From an uncultured Verrucomicrobiae bacterium (GTDB taxonomy: Bacteria; Verrucomicrobiota; Verrucomicrobiia; Chthoniobacterales; UBA10450), in contig CAWIBO010000005.1 in NCBI GenBank assembly GCA_963834385.1, forward strand, positions 544,001-608,000: a stretch of 64,000 nucleotides of DNA, in the 5' to 3' direction. A program made the position numbers and the translations under genes. Positions 50,501 through 63,108 of this stretch are shown here, one piece after another (position 1 is the first letter of the stretch; every line of letters starts with the position of its first letter). The notes below the pieces were generated by a model, which was not told the DNA's origin, ran no database searches, and saw only the letters and a program-made list of their open reading frames with translations.

Positions 50501-53500
50501 CGACTTACCAGTTCGACAACCTCGGCATTGCTGGCGACACGGGCGGGTTCACTTTGAATGGTGCGAACGCCAGCACGACGCTGCGACTTTACGGGGCCTC
50601 TGCGTATACGGGCGCGACAAGCATTCAGCAGGGCACCTTGGTCCTGGCAGGCACAGGAGCGTCCTCCGGTTATACTCTCTCGGGCGGCGGCCTGACGACC
50701 GAAGGAGCGAATCGTCTTACCAGCGCCAGCAACATTACTGTGTCGAATAGCGGCAGTACCTTTACAGTTGGCGGGGCTACGGAAACGGTCGGGGCACTCG
50801 CGGGCAGCGCAGGCACGATTGCGATTGGTGCAAACACTCTGACCACCTCTAGCGCCAGCTCGACGACATATAGCGGTGTCTTCACCGGTATCGCGGCTGG
50901 CCGGCTTGAGAAAGGCGGAACTGGCACGCTGACCCTCGGCGGAAGCGGAAGCGCGTTCCTCGGGCAGCTTAAGTTGGCAGAGGGCACAGTCGTTGTGAAC
51001 AGCGCTTCAGCTTTGGGCAATAACACCTCGACTTCGACGCGCGCGATCGACCTAGGCCTTAACGCTGCGAACACCTCTCAAGCAAACAACGTTTCGCTGC
51101 TCGCGAGCAACGGCGTCACGTTCAGCCAGTCCATCTACGTTGCGCCGAACACGTCCAACGCCACGCGCACCATCGGCTTGAATGGCGGCGCCGGCTCTGC
51201 CACATTTAGCAACGAAATTTTTCTTGCTGGCAACGCGACGCTCGATGCCACCGGCGGCGCGACGACCGTCAGTGGCAGGTTGACTGGCGCTGGCGGCATT
51301 ATTGCCAATGCCGGAAACATCTCCTTGAATGCGGCAAACAATTATACGGGATCTACCGCAGTCAATGCCGGAACTCTCACCATCAAAAACAATAGTGCTT
51401 TGGGAACGACGGCAGGTGGCACCAGCGTCGCTGGCGGCGCGACTCTGAAGCTTGATGGCACGGGCAGCTCGCTTTCAGTGGGCGCGGAGGCTCTCACCCT
51501 TAACGGGAGCGGCGTCGCCAACGGTGGCGCCCTGGCAAACGTCGGCACGAACTCCTACGCTGGCGCCATCACTTTGGGCAGCAACGCGTCGATCCACGCC
51601 GGCGGAGGAACGCTGAATCTCACGGGCGGAATTACGAAAGATGCCAAAATTCTTACCCTTACCGGTGGCGGTACGATCACCCTCAGCACCTTCGGAATTT
51701 CCGGCGCGTCAGCCGGTTCCGACCTGATCGTGGATGGCGTTACTTTCAATGCCAACGTCGCCAACGACTACAACGGTCCGACGTCGATCATCAACGGCGG
51801 TGTCTTCAACGCGAACGTCGCCGATGCCCTCCCCCCCGCGAACGGCCGCTCGGCTGTCAGCATGGATGCGACCGGCTCCGGCAGTTCGCAGCTAAACCTG
51901 GGTGCAAATCAATCCATTGCCTCGCTGCTCGGACTCAGTTCTTCGCTGATCAATTTGAACGCGTTTACTCTCACGTTCGGCACCGGGGCAGGTACCTTCC
52001 GATTTCGCCGGTGTCATTTCTGGCAGTGGTAAACTCGTGAAGGATGGTGCCAGCACCCAGTCGCTCTCCGGAAACAACAACTTCAGCGGGGGCACTGATC
52101 TTGCCGGAGGAACGCTGGCCATTAACAGCGCCTCTTCGCTCGGAGCCGTGGGCGGTGCTCTCGCTTTCACCGGGACCAGCACTCTCCGGACGGATGCAAG
52201 CTTCAGCTCCGCTCGTAATTATTCGATCAATTCCGGCGTCACAGGGACCATTGACACCAACAACAACACCTTCACGCAAACCGGCGTCATTTCGGGCGAT
52301 GGCAACCTGAGCAAGTCTGGTGCGGGATCGCTGATCGTGACCGGCACCAACACCTACCTTGGTGCAACCACCATCAACAGCGGGATCCTTCAGGTCGGAA
52401 ATAACGGCACAACGGGAACGCTCGGTGCCGGGCAGGTGAACATTGGCGATGCCGCCACGTTGCGTTTTGACCGCTCCGATCCGTTTTCGGTCAGCAACAG
52501 CATCAATCTCGCGGGCGTTGGCGGTCAGCAGGGCTTTGTTAATGTCTTCAGGAGCGGGCAGCAGGTAACGCTTACCGGGGCGATCACCAGCGCCGGCGCC
52601 GGTCTGACCAAATCGGGACTGGGCAAGCTCGTGGTCGATAATGCCTCGAACAGCTTTACGTCAGATGTCCGTATTCAGAGCGGGATCCTGGAGACCGCAA
52701 CTCTCTCATTCGGCGGTTCCAACAGTTCCCTCGGGAAAGGCAGCATCTTTATTGGCGACGACGGAAGTGCCGGCACATTGCGTTACACCGGCACAACGGC
52801 CAACACAGACCGGCTGCAATTCAACGCCCTTCAGGCGACCGGCACAAACAACATCATCGACGTGGTTTTCTTCCGGGACCACCCTCACGGTCACCTCAAA
52901 TATGACCGAAGACGCTGCGGGCAATGGCCTAGCTAAGGAGGGCGCGGGCGCGCTTAGTCTGACTGGAGCCAACAACTATAGCGGCGCTACTTCGGTTAAC
53001 GCTGGCTCGCTGTTCGCGAATAATTCGTCGGGTTCGGCTACGGGCACCGGAAACGTGACCGTGAACAATTCCGGCACAACCCTGGGCGGCACTGGCGTGA
53101 TCACGGGCACCGTGAACGTTGGGGCAGGCGCCAACCTCGTCGTCGGTAGCACGGCAGCCGCAGGAACAACCGAAACCCTTCACATCGGTTCCCTCACCCT
53201 GGCTTCCACTTCTAACTTTACCGTCGACCTGATGGGCACGGCGGTTGGCTCAAGTTACGACCAACTCCTCGTCATGGGTGCGGTCAATCTTGGAGGAGCA
53301 AACCTGATCGTGAACGCAGGGGCTGGACTTAACCTTCTGGATAAGTTCTTTATCGTTTCGAATGACGGTGTCGACGCCATCAACGGAATTTTTAGCCAGA
53401 ATGCGACGGTTAGCTCCGGGAACTACCTTTTTGCCATTAATTATCTCGATAATTTCGGTGGGGTCGGTCCCGGAAACGATATCTCGTTAACCGTGACCGC

Positions 53501-53597
53501 CGTCCCCGAGCCCGGCACGTGGATCGGCGGCTCGCTCGCGTTCCTCGCGATCGGCTACACCCAGCGCCGCCGGTTCCTGAAGCGCCGCGCTTCTTAG
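47554..53597 (+). CDS. Large (~2000 aa) PEP-CTERM surface protein with autotransporter-associated beta-strand repeats; frameshifts near 47950, 49050, 51997, 52868
   Basis: Signal peptide; many LTK.G.GTL.L...NTY.G.T.V..G.L repeats; C-terminal VPEPGTWIGGSLAFLAIGYTQRRRFLKRRAS. Confidence 0.9.
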
Positions 53598-53603
53598 CCG
53601 TAG

Positions 53604-53654
53604 GGAGCACGGCTTTGTAAGCCGTCCATTAGCCGGGTTACGAACCCGGCCTCC
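53604..53654. repeat. GGAG REP-like doublet (second family)
   Basis: GGAGC-ACGGCTT-TGT-AAGCCGT and CCGGGTT-ACG-AACCCGG-CCTCC; related copy at 54472. Confidence 0.7.
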
Positions 53655-53697
53655 TAACCGAATAAGTGAACGCGCGCACCTGCGCGCTACTTTCTCC

Positions 53698-53729
53698 TTT
53701 CGACTTTCGACTTTCGACCTTCTACTTTC
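53698..53729 (+). repeat. Heptamer arm (TTTCGAC)n
   Basis: TTTCGAC TTTCGAC TTTCGAC CTTCTAC TTT, directly before the A2 start. Confidence 0.85.
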
Positions 53730-53734
53730 TCCAA

Positions 53735-54085
53735 ATGTCCCGTTCCCAGTTCACCATTCTCCTGATCATCGCCCTCGCCTGCCTCGGGCTGGCCGCCGCG
53801 GGGATTGTCGTCGCGCACGGGAACCAGGCGCTCCAGGCCGAGCTCCAGGCGCAACAGGCTGAGATCAACAAGGGCACGACCAGCCAGAGGGTGGGTTTGA
53901 ACCTGGTGCGCGCCATGGCGGTGTCAGCACGGAAGAATGACAACCTCAAGAGCCTGCTCGACCGACACGGCTACAAGCTGAGAGAGGACGAGCCTGCGGA
54001 GACGTCGGCGGACGAACCGGAGCCGGCCGCGTCCCCCTCGCCCACTCCAACTCCTTCCCCGACGACAACGCCGCGCCGCCGCTAG
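53735..54085 (+). CDS. Small TM + coiled-coil protein A2
   Basis: Paralog of 46346; ends in a SPSPTPTP tail and PRRR. Confidence 0.85.
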   Translation: MSRSQFTILLIIALACLGLAAAGIVVAHGNQALQAELQAQQAEINKGTTSQRVGLNLVRAMAVSARKNDNLKSLLDRHGYKLREDEPAETSADEPEPAASPSPTPTPSPTTTPRRR

Positions 54086-54092
54086 AAACATC

Positions 54093-54470
54093 ATGGAAGA
54101 TCGCGACACACCCCACCACGACCCGGCCCCGGCGCCCGCGGCGGTCCGCCGGCCGCTGAACGCCTTTTGGCCGGTCTTGATCCTGTCGCTCAGCATCCTG
54201 GCCATGTTCGGCTGGATCGTTTGGACCGGGGTGCAATCGCGACAAAAAGCTCTCGAGGTGCGCGAGCAGCAGGAGAAATCAGTCGAACGCGCCAGGGAGA
54301 TGCAGCGCGCGCTCGAACGTTTGGCGCGCGACCTGGTGGAGCTTGGAAAGACCGATCCCGACGCGCAGGCGCTCGTGACCCAGTTCCGTATCAATGTGGT
54401 GGCGCCGTCCGGAGCCGCTCAAGCCCCGTTTTCGAGTGCCACCGACACCCCGGCTGGAGCGGGCCCTTAA
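54093..54470 (+). CDS. Small TM + coiled-coil protein B2
   Basis: Paralog of 46678. Confidence 0.85.
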   Translation: MEDRDTPHHDPAPAPAAVRRPLNAFWPVLILSLSILAMFGWIVWTGVQSRQKALEVREQQEKSVERAREMQRALERLARDLVELGKTDPDAQALVTQFRINVVAPSGAAQAPFSSATDTPAGAGP

Positions 54471-54471
54471 T

Positions 54472-54790
54472 GGAGAACGGATTTGTAATCCGTTGAGCCA
54501 GGTTACAAACACCGGCCACCGAAGACTCAGCAGCGAGAGTATCCCAATACAGGTGATCAGTGATCAGCCGCTCCGCTCCCCCAACTCCCATCTTCAAGCT
54601 TCCGCGGCCGAGCCGCCACGCTCCCGTCCCGCTCCATGCTCTAGCCACCGCATCTTCTAGCCTCCCCGCTGTCTCGCCGCTGCTTCATTCCGCAGTCCGA
54701 GATGGGCAATCTTCTCCACCGAACGGATAACCGAAACCCGCGCGTCAGCGCGCTCCCGCCCGCTTTCAGCTTTTCAGCTTGTCACCTGCC
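54472..54790. repeat. GGAG REP-like doublet plus degenerate repeat mosaic
   Basis: GGAG-AACGGATT-TGT-AATCCGTT at 54472; GTGATCA at 54553; CCATCTT-like at ~54580; TCAGCTT at ~54765. Confidence 0.7.
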
Positions 54791-55382
54791 CGCAGCGCTC
54801 GCGCAGCGATTGCGGGCGTGGGCGTCCCCGCTCCAAGCCCCGCTCCCCCTCGCCTTCCAATTTCCATAGTCGTTGGACGTCTGGTCGACCACCAGCGGTA
54901 GGGGTGAAGTTGTTCACCGCTCTTCACAGGCCGCAACATGTCGGCATTTTCTTTGCGGAGACCCTCTTTTCTTGTTGACGAGTGGGAGGCGACTTTGGTC
55001 TTATCCGCCGTTCTCATTCGCGTTCTCCCCCGGCCAGCGCCTTAACCCCTCCCCCAAATCTGAAAACCCGCGTTTCCATCGCCCTGGCCGGATTGCGCCC
55101 TAACGCCGGGCCGACCGGTCCAAAAACCTCGCGCCGTTACAGTTTCTACAACGCCAACTCGATCGGGTGCGCCAGCAATCAGACCCCTTTTCGAGGAGGC
55201 GGTCGTGACGAATCCACGAGCCGTTCGTTCGACATGCTAACTGCGCAGTCCTTTCTCATGAGAAGCTTTCCTGCCCTTGCTCTGCACTCTTGCGGTCTGC
55301 GCTCTCTCGCGCGGCTGTGTGATCGCTTCCCATTTTTCGGTGCGGTGAACTCGGCTGACATCCAATCGGAGGTTTCCGGCAA

Positions 55383-58300
55383 ATGACTTTCCAGCCTCTT
55401 TCTTTCCTCAGCCGCGTGCAGCAACAGCCTTTGACGCGGCTTCGCGCGGCAGCCTCCTCCCTCGCTAAAACCTTCGGCGCCTCGCTTCCGCGCCGCATTT
55501 CCGCCTTTCACTCCCTCTTCTGTTTGATGATGGTCGCTTCCTCGTTCTTTGCAGTGGCGAGCACAACTTTAGGAGCAACCTACAATTTATGCACCTCTAC
55601 TGCTGACCTGACCGCTGGTTCCAAATATATTGTTGTTTCAACAGGGACCAACGGATCCGGCGTTGCGCTGAGCTATCAAGCTGCGAGTAACAGACCTCAG
55701 TCCGCCTCGGTTACTGTAGCCTCAAGTGCGATTTCAACGACGGCGGCATCCGTCTCATCGGATACAACCTCAGCGTACGAGATCACTCTCGGCGGGAGCA
55801 CCGGGGCGTGGACCCTTTATGATGCAGTTAACGCTGGATATCTGTATGCCGCTAGCTCATCTAATAATCACCTTAAGAATCAATCGACCTCAACGACTTG
55901 GACAATAACTTTTTCTTCAAATGCTGCAATCATGACCAGTGCGGCGCAGGCGACTCGTAACGTATTACAATACAATTCCACCAGTTCTTTATTCTCGTGC
56001 TATACCTCGGGTCAGTCTTCCGTTTACCTGTATAAGTTGGCAGCCGGCCCCTCTGCCCCGGTCGTCACGACCGGCACCGCCGGCACCTTCACCACCACTT
56101 CCGCAGCAATTACCGGCAACAATGTGACTTCAGATGGTGGCTCCGCTGTGACTGAGCGCGGCATCGTCTATAACACCAGCGCAACACCGACTACAGCGAA
56201 CTCGAAGGTCACGGTCGCAGGTACGACCGGCAGTTACGACGCAAACATGACCGGTCTGACGGCTGGCACCACTTATTTTGTAAGGGCCTACGCGATCAAC
56301 GCCATCGGCACGAGTTACGGTTCCGAAATCAGCTTCCCCACTTTGCCCTCAGCGCCGGTGGCGAGCGCGGCAACGGCCATCACCTCCAATAGTTTCAGCG
56401 CGAACTGGGCGGCCGCGACCGGAGCGACCAAATATCGCCTGGATGTATCGACTGATAACGCATTCGGCAGTTTCGTTTCCGGCTTTAGCAGCTTGGATGT
56501 CGGAAACGTAACGACGAAGTCGGTTACGGGCTTGGCGGTCGGAACAACTTATTATTACAGAGTCAGAGCAGAAAACGGCTCAGGCCAGAGCGCAAACTCC
56601 GGCACGATCACGACCGCCACCACCACGCCGACCATCGTCATCACCGGCTCCTTCACCCCGTTTACCACAACCTTTGGCACAGCCAGCGCAGCGCAATCAA
56701 TCAGCGTTTCAGGGTCCAACCTTCTGGCCAACATCACGGTCACCGCCCCCACCAACTACGAGGTATCGCAAACGGCTGGCGGAGCCTCTGGTTATGCGGC
56801 TTCACAGGTATTAACGCAAAGCGGCGGGACAGTTCCCAGCACTACCGTCTATGTGCGGATCGCTGCTTCCGCGCCGGTTGGATCTCCGGCCGGCAATGTC
56901 TCCGCCTCGAGTACGAGCGCGACTACCCAAAATGCGGCGGTGAGCGGAACGGTGTCGGCCGCGGCGCCGACCGTGACGACGACCTCTCCCGCAACGAACA
57001 TCTCTACAACTTCAGTGACGTTGGGTGGCAATATTACCAACACGGGCGGCTCGAATGCGACAGTGCGCGGCTTCGAATACAGCACGACCAACGGGTTCGC
57101 CAATGGAAGTGGAACACCGGTTTCTGAAAGTGGCAGTTTCTCAACGGGTGCCTATACCCTGCCTGTGACCGGCCTCACCCCTGGAACGATCTATTACTTT
57201 AAAGCCTTCGCCACGAATCCCGGTGGAACCAGCTACGGAGCGCAAGTCTCCTTCACGACAGTGCAGGCATACTCGGGTTCTTATAGCGTAGGAACAGGCG
57301 CACCGCTCTACACCACTCTGAAATCGTTCTTCGACGCGGTGAATGCCGGTGTAGTGACAGGGAACATCACCGTAAACATTGTCGGCGATTGCGCCGAATC
57401 AGCTGCTGCCGTCCTGAACCAATGGACGGAATCACCCGCGAGTTCGAATTTCACCATGTTGATCCAGCCCTCGGGCGGAGCGGCCAGGACGATTTCCGGA
57501 AGCATCTCGGGAAATCCATTGGTCAATTTCAACGGCGCGGACAACGTCACCATCAATGGCTTAAATTCGGGTGGGAATTCGCTCACGATTTCCAACACTG
57601 ATTCGGGCGCGACCTCCGGCACTTCTACGATCAAATTCATCGGTGGTGCAACCAACAACACCATCACCAACGCGAGCGTGCTCGGATCGAGCAGCATGGC
57701 CGTGGGGACGAATGGCGGCAACATCTGGTTCAGCACTGATGCCGTTACTTCCGGCGGCAACGACAATAACACCGTCTCCAACTGTAATATAGGTCCAGCG
57801 GGCGCCAATCTACCTACGAAGGGAATCTTCGGAAGCGGGTCCACCGGCACAACCGCGATTGGCAACAGTGGCATCGCCATTAACAATAATAACATCTTTG
57901 ACTTCTTCGGCGCGGCGACGACAAGCGCCGGTGTTTACACGAGCGGCGGCTGCAACACCTGGACAATTACCAATAATCGCTTCTATCAAACCGGGACGCG
58001 CACTTGGACAACCGGCGCGAACCATTTTCCGATCGACATCAACAATACCTCCGCCACATCCGGAGCCCAAGGTTTCACGATTACCGGCAACACAATCGGC
58101 TACGCCTCGAACACACAAACTGGCGCTTACACTCTGACTGGTTCAACGGGCAAATTTGTTGGCATTCACTTTAACGGAATTACAGGCGGGACGAGCAGTG
58201 ACATTTCGAGTAATACGATCGCATCGGTCAGTCTGAGCGGGGTTACGTCCTCCGGCACCAGCACCAGTAGCCCTTTCATCGGCATATACATTGAAACCGG

Positions 58301-61300
58301 TGTCACCGCCACGAACAGCAACGTCCTGGGCAGTCAAGCGGTGACTGGCTCTCTGACGTTCTCCACTACCACAACGACTGCCACAGATGTTCACGGCATC
58401 TACAATTTCAGCTCAGACGTGTGGACGTCCAGCAGCAATAACATCGGCGGCATTTCTGTAACCAATGCAGGAGCCTCTGGAACGTTTACCGTGTATGGCC
58501 TGAGAGCCAATACCCTGACCAGCGTGGCCTGGACCGCCGCCTCGAACCTCGTTGGCGGAACCGTTGCCGACTCGATTCAATTGAATGCGACAGGCGCGGC
58601 CTCGCAGGTCATAGGCATTCACACGAGCAACGCACCCTCCACCCTGACCTCCAACACCGTGAGGAATCTCTCGTCGAACATCGGCACCGGAACGACTACG
58701 GGCGCCTCTGTGATCGGGATGAATTTAACGACCACTTCATCCAACCACACTCTTTCCCAGAATACGATTCATAGCCTCGCCAATACGAGTGCTGCGACAG
58801 CGACCACGGTGACGGGAATCCAATACACCGCGTCAACGGGCCCCAACCTAATCAACAGGAACTTCATCCATTCTTTATCGGCCGCCAGCACTACGGGGAC
58901 ATTGAATGGAATTCAAGTAAGCGGCGGCACCTCCACTTACCGGAATAACATGATCCGCCTGGGAGCGACCACCTCTACCGCGCTCACCATTAACGGAATT
59001 AACGACGCTGCCGGAACCAATAATTTCTATTTTAACAGCGTCTACGTCGGCGGCAGCGGAGTCGGCACGACGGCCAGCAACACATTTGCATTTCGTAGCC
59101 TTGTGACAACCAACACCCGCGCGTTCGTTGACAACATTTTCATGAATGCGCGCTCCAATGCGACCACCGGGGGCAAACATTATGCCGTGCAGGTCGGGGG
59201 CACCACTTCGAATCCAGCGGGCCTGACCATCAATTACAACGTTTATTTCGTCTCCGGAACCGGCGGCGTTTTCGGTCAATTTAACGGCGCGGATGTCGCT
59301 ACCCTCACGGCTTGGCGCACAGCAGTCGGCCAGGACCTTAACAGCATCAGCGGAGACCCTCAGTTTATCAATCCAACCGGCAACGCTACCACCGTTGATT
59401 TACATATCAGCCCAAGCGTCGCTACGCCGGTAGAAAGCGCGGGAAGCCCGATCGCCGGCATCACGATCGACTTTGATGGTGATACCCGAAATGCGACCAC
59501 GCCGGATATAGGCGCGGATGAGGGGACCTTCATTTCGTCTGTTACGGCTGCAATCAACGTGTCGCCGAGTAGTCTCTCCGGATTTTCTACGAACTTTGGC
59601 ACGCCGTCGGCCGCGCAATCGTTTGACGTATCAGGCACCGACTTAACAGGCGACATTTCGATCGCGGCGCCGGCGGGATACGAGGTGTCGAAAACCTCCA
59701 GCACATCTGGATTTTCCGCCTCTCAATCCTTGACTCCTTCGAGCGGCACGGTGCCGACGACGGCTATCTTCGTGCGACTGACAAACGCCGCTCCGGTGGG
59801 TTCTGTTGCGGGCAACGTTATTGTGAGCAGCCCCAGCGCAGCCACCCAGAATGTGGCGGTGAGCGGCAACGTGACAGCCAATGCGCCAGCCGTGACAACC
59901 GGCACGGCAACATTGATTACCACGACAGGAGCCACCCTGGGCGGCAACATCACGGCAACCGGGGGTTCGAATGCGACCGAACGAGGCGTTTACTACAGCA
60001 CAACGAGCGGCTTCGCTAATGGAACCGGAACCAAGGTTTCTACGACCGGTAGCTACACCACTGGCGCTTACACCGTGGCCGCGAGCGGCCTGAGTGACAG
60101 CACGACTTACTACTTCAAAGCCTTCGCCACGGGTCCAGGGGGGACGAGCTACGGCTCGGAGGGCACGTTTAGTACCCTTGAAGCCCGAGCCGGCGGCACA
60201 TGTCACCAGCTTTACGACTGGAACAATCACCACCACGAACATCCCGGTGCAATGGACGGGCACAACGGCTGACGGGTACCTGTTAAGGGTAAGTTCCACG
60301 ACTCCAGCTGATCCAGTGGATGGAACAGCCGTGTCGGATAAGGCGGCGATTACCAGTGGGACCGGCAATATCAATCTTCCCGCCGGGACTACCTCGTACT
60401 CCGGCTTCACCGGGTTTCTCGCTGGAACGACTTACACGTTCAAGATCTACCCCTACAACAACAGCGGAACGGCCATTGACTATAAGACAACGGGTGCGCC
60501 GAGCGTTTCTGCCATACTTGTCCCGGCTGCGCCGGCCACGCCGACATTCACCGCAGTAACCTCGACCGGCTTCACGGTGAATTGGGGCGCGGTCAATGGC
60601 GCAGCGAGCTACCGACTGGATGTTGCTACCGACAACACCTTCACGAGCTTCGTTGCGGGTTATAGTGATCTGACCGTGTCTGGAACGAGTCAAGCCGTGA
60701 CGGGTCTCGGCGCGAATACTCCCTACTACGCACGCGTCCGGGCCGTTAATGCCAGCGGCACAAGCGCTAATTCGAGCGCGGGAACCCTGACAACTGCCCA
60801 GCTGTCGGCTCCGGTAACCCTGCCAGCCTCAGCCATCACCACGACCGGATTTACGGCCAATTGGAATCCCGTTACGGGCGCGACGGGTTACGAAGTGGAT
60901 GTATCGGAGCCTGGTCCCGTGCTGGCTGAGGACTTTACCGACGGTGATTTCACTGCTGCTCCGGTTTGGTCAGGGGACACGGCGAGTTTCGCGATTCTCT
61001 CTGCAGCTACCTTGCCGAGTGGATCTGCGGCGACTGATGGAAATTATCTGGGAAGCAATGGGAGTGTAGGGAGTGCCATTCTTACGACTCCAAGCACCGA
61101 GACCTCAGAGTGGAGGTTTTCATGGGGATCGCCCAGCTTCAGTCCATCTGGCGCGAATCATTTCGGCGTTATCCTAATGTCCACTGCCGCAGTGACGGGA
61201 GACATCGCTACTGCATCATTTAACGGCTATTATCTACGACTTGGGGCCAACGGGAGCGCCGATACTGTAGAACTGTGGAGAAGCACGGCGACCACTAAAA

Positions 61301-63108
61301 CGAAAGTGGGAGATTTTCCCAGCGCGCCGGGGCTCGACACCGCCGCGTTGCAAGATGGTCTCGACGTGCGCGTTACTCGTAACGCGGCCGGCGTATTTCA
61401 GCTGTTTTATGCCACGGGCTTCCAGTACGGAGCCACCCCAACTACGTCCGCTGGGACTCTGACGGACGCCACCTACTCCTCCAGTGCATACTTCGGCGTC
61501 TACACTTCGTTTGGCAATCCTTCGGCAACGCGCCGCGTCTATATCGATAATATCGTATTCGCTACTCCGAGCCAGGTGTTTTTGACCGGCGGCACCACCG
61601 CGGGAACCAGCTTGAGCTTCTCCGGGCTGTCAGCAGGAACTGCTTATTCCTACGTTGTCCGGGCGACGAGCGCGAACAGCACCAGTCCAAATTCCGACAC
61701 CCGCTCTGTCGCTACTACAGCGACACCAACCATCGAGATCAGCGGGACGCTAACCGCCTTCACCACCACTTATGGAGCCGCCTCCTCTGCCCAAACACTG
61801 AACGTCTCCGGCTCAAATCTAACCACTGACATCACGGCAACGGCTCCCGCCGGATACGAGGTCTCCAATGGCGGGCCTTACGGTCTGACCACAACCTTCT
61901 CTCAAAGCGGTGGCTCAGCCACCGGCACCCTGAGCACACGTCTCGCGGCCCTGACCAAGCCGTCGGATTCGCTCGGAACAAATCTGGCCGTCGCCAGCAG
62001 TGGCGCGTCCACGCAGAACGTCACTGTCTCAGGCACGGTGAACAAGGCCACGCCCACTGTGACCGTCGACGCACCGTTCACCTTTACCTACAACAACACC
62101 GCCCAAGGGCCGAACAGCGCCACGGTTACCGGTGTTTCCGGCGGGGTGGCCCCGTCTGGCACCTTGAGCTTCAGCTATGCCGGCAGCGGGATGACCACCT
62201 ACATGGCCAGCGCCACAAGGCCGACCGACGCCGGCTCGTATGACGCCACCGCCAGCATCACAAGTGACGCGAATTACCTGGCGGCCTCCTCCGCAGCCAC
62301 CGCCTTCTCCATTGCCAAGGCCGACCAGACCATTTCGTTCACCCTGCAATCGAGCGTGGCGAAATCCGCCGGCTCACTCGGGTTGAGCGCCTCCGCCACG
62401 TCCGGATTGCCGGTCTCGTTCGCCTCAGGCACACCGAGCGTCGCAGGAGTCACAGGCTCGACGCTCAATCTCCTCCAGGCCGGCACGACCATTGTCACCG
62501 CCAGCCAGGCCGGCGGCACCAATTACAACGCCGCTCCCAACGTCGACCGGACCCTCCATGTCACCGGGCCCATCGCGGCCAACGACATCAACATCACCCG
62601 GCCGGCCAATAGTTCGGACTTCAAAATCCCGATCAGCGATCTCCTGGAGAACGACCAACGCGTTGACGCCAACGGGAATCTCCTGCCCACCGGCATCAGC
62701 CTGAGCTCGGTGACTGCCGGTATGGACAACTTTGTCGAGATTGCTGGCTCCTATGTCTACTTCGAGCCGGTCGATCCGGCCGCCTCGCCGCTCTCCTTCA
62801 CTTACACCATCACCGACGGCAGCTCGGAGGACACGGCCACCGTCACGGTCACGACCGCCGCCGCCGAGAACTTCACGCTCAACATCGTGAGCGCCGGCGC
62901 CCTCTCCTACGACTCCATGGCCGACGAAACGACCGTGACCGTCCAGCTCATTGGCGTCCCGAATCAGACCTACACCATCGAATATTCCAATAACATGATG
63001 TCCTGGACAAACCTGGGGTCGACCGCCACCGGCTCGACCGGGTCGTTCCAGGTGACCGTTATCGCTCCCGGCAACCAGAACTCCTTCTTCTTCCGGGCAC
63101 GCAAATGA
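55383..63108 (+). CDS. Giant (~2570 aa) secreted Thr/Ser-rich surface protein with fibronectin type III and Ig-like modules and a beta-helix-like region; frameshift near 60180
   Basis: Extended signal peptide; repeated Fn3 (GL..GTTYY.RA.A.N..GTSYG); three copies of FTT.FG..SAAQ...VSG..L...I...AP..YEVS; parallel beta-helix-like I..N.I runs; ends QNSFFFRARK. Confidence 0.85.

Noticed and set aside
47554..53597. True autotransporter (type V secretion)
   Set aside because: No C-terminal beta-barrel; the protein ends in a PEP-CTERM sorting signal.
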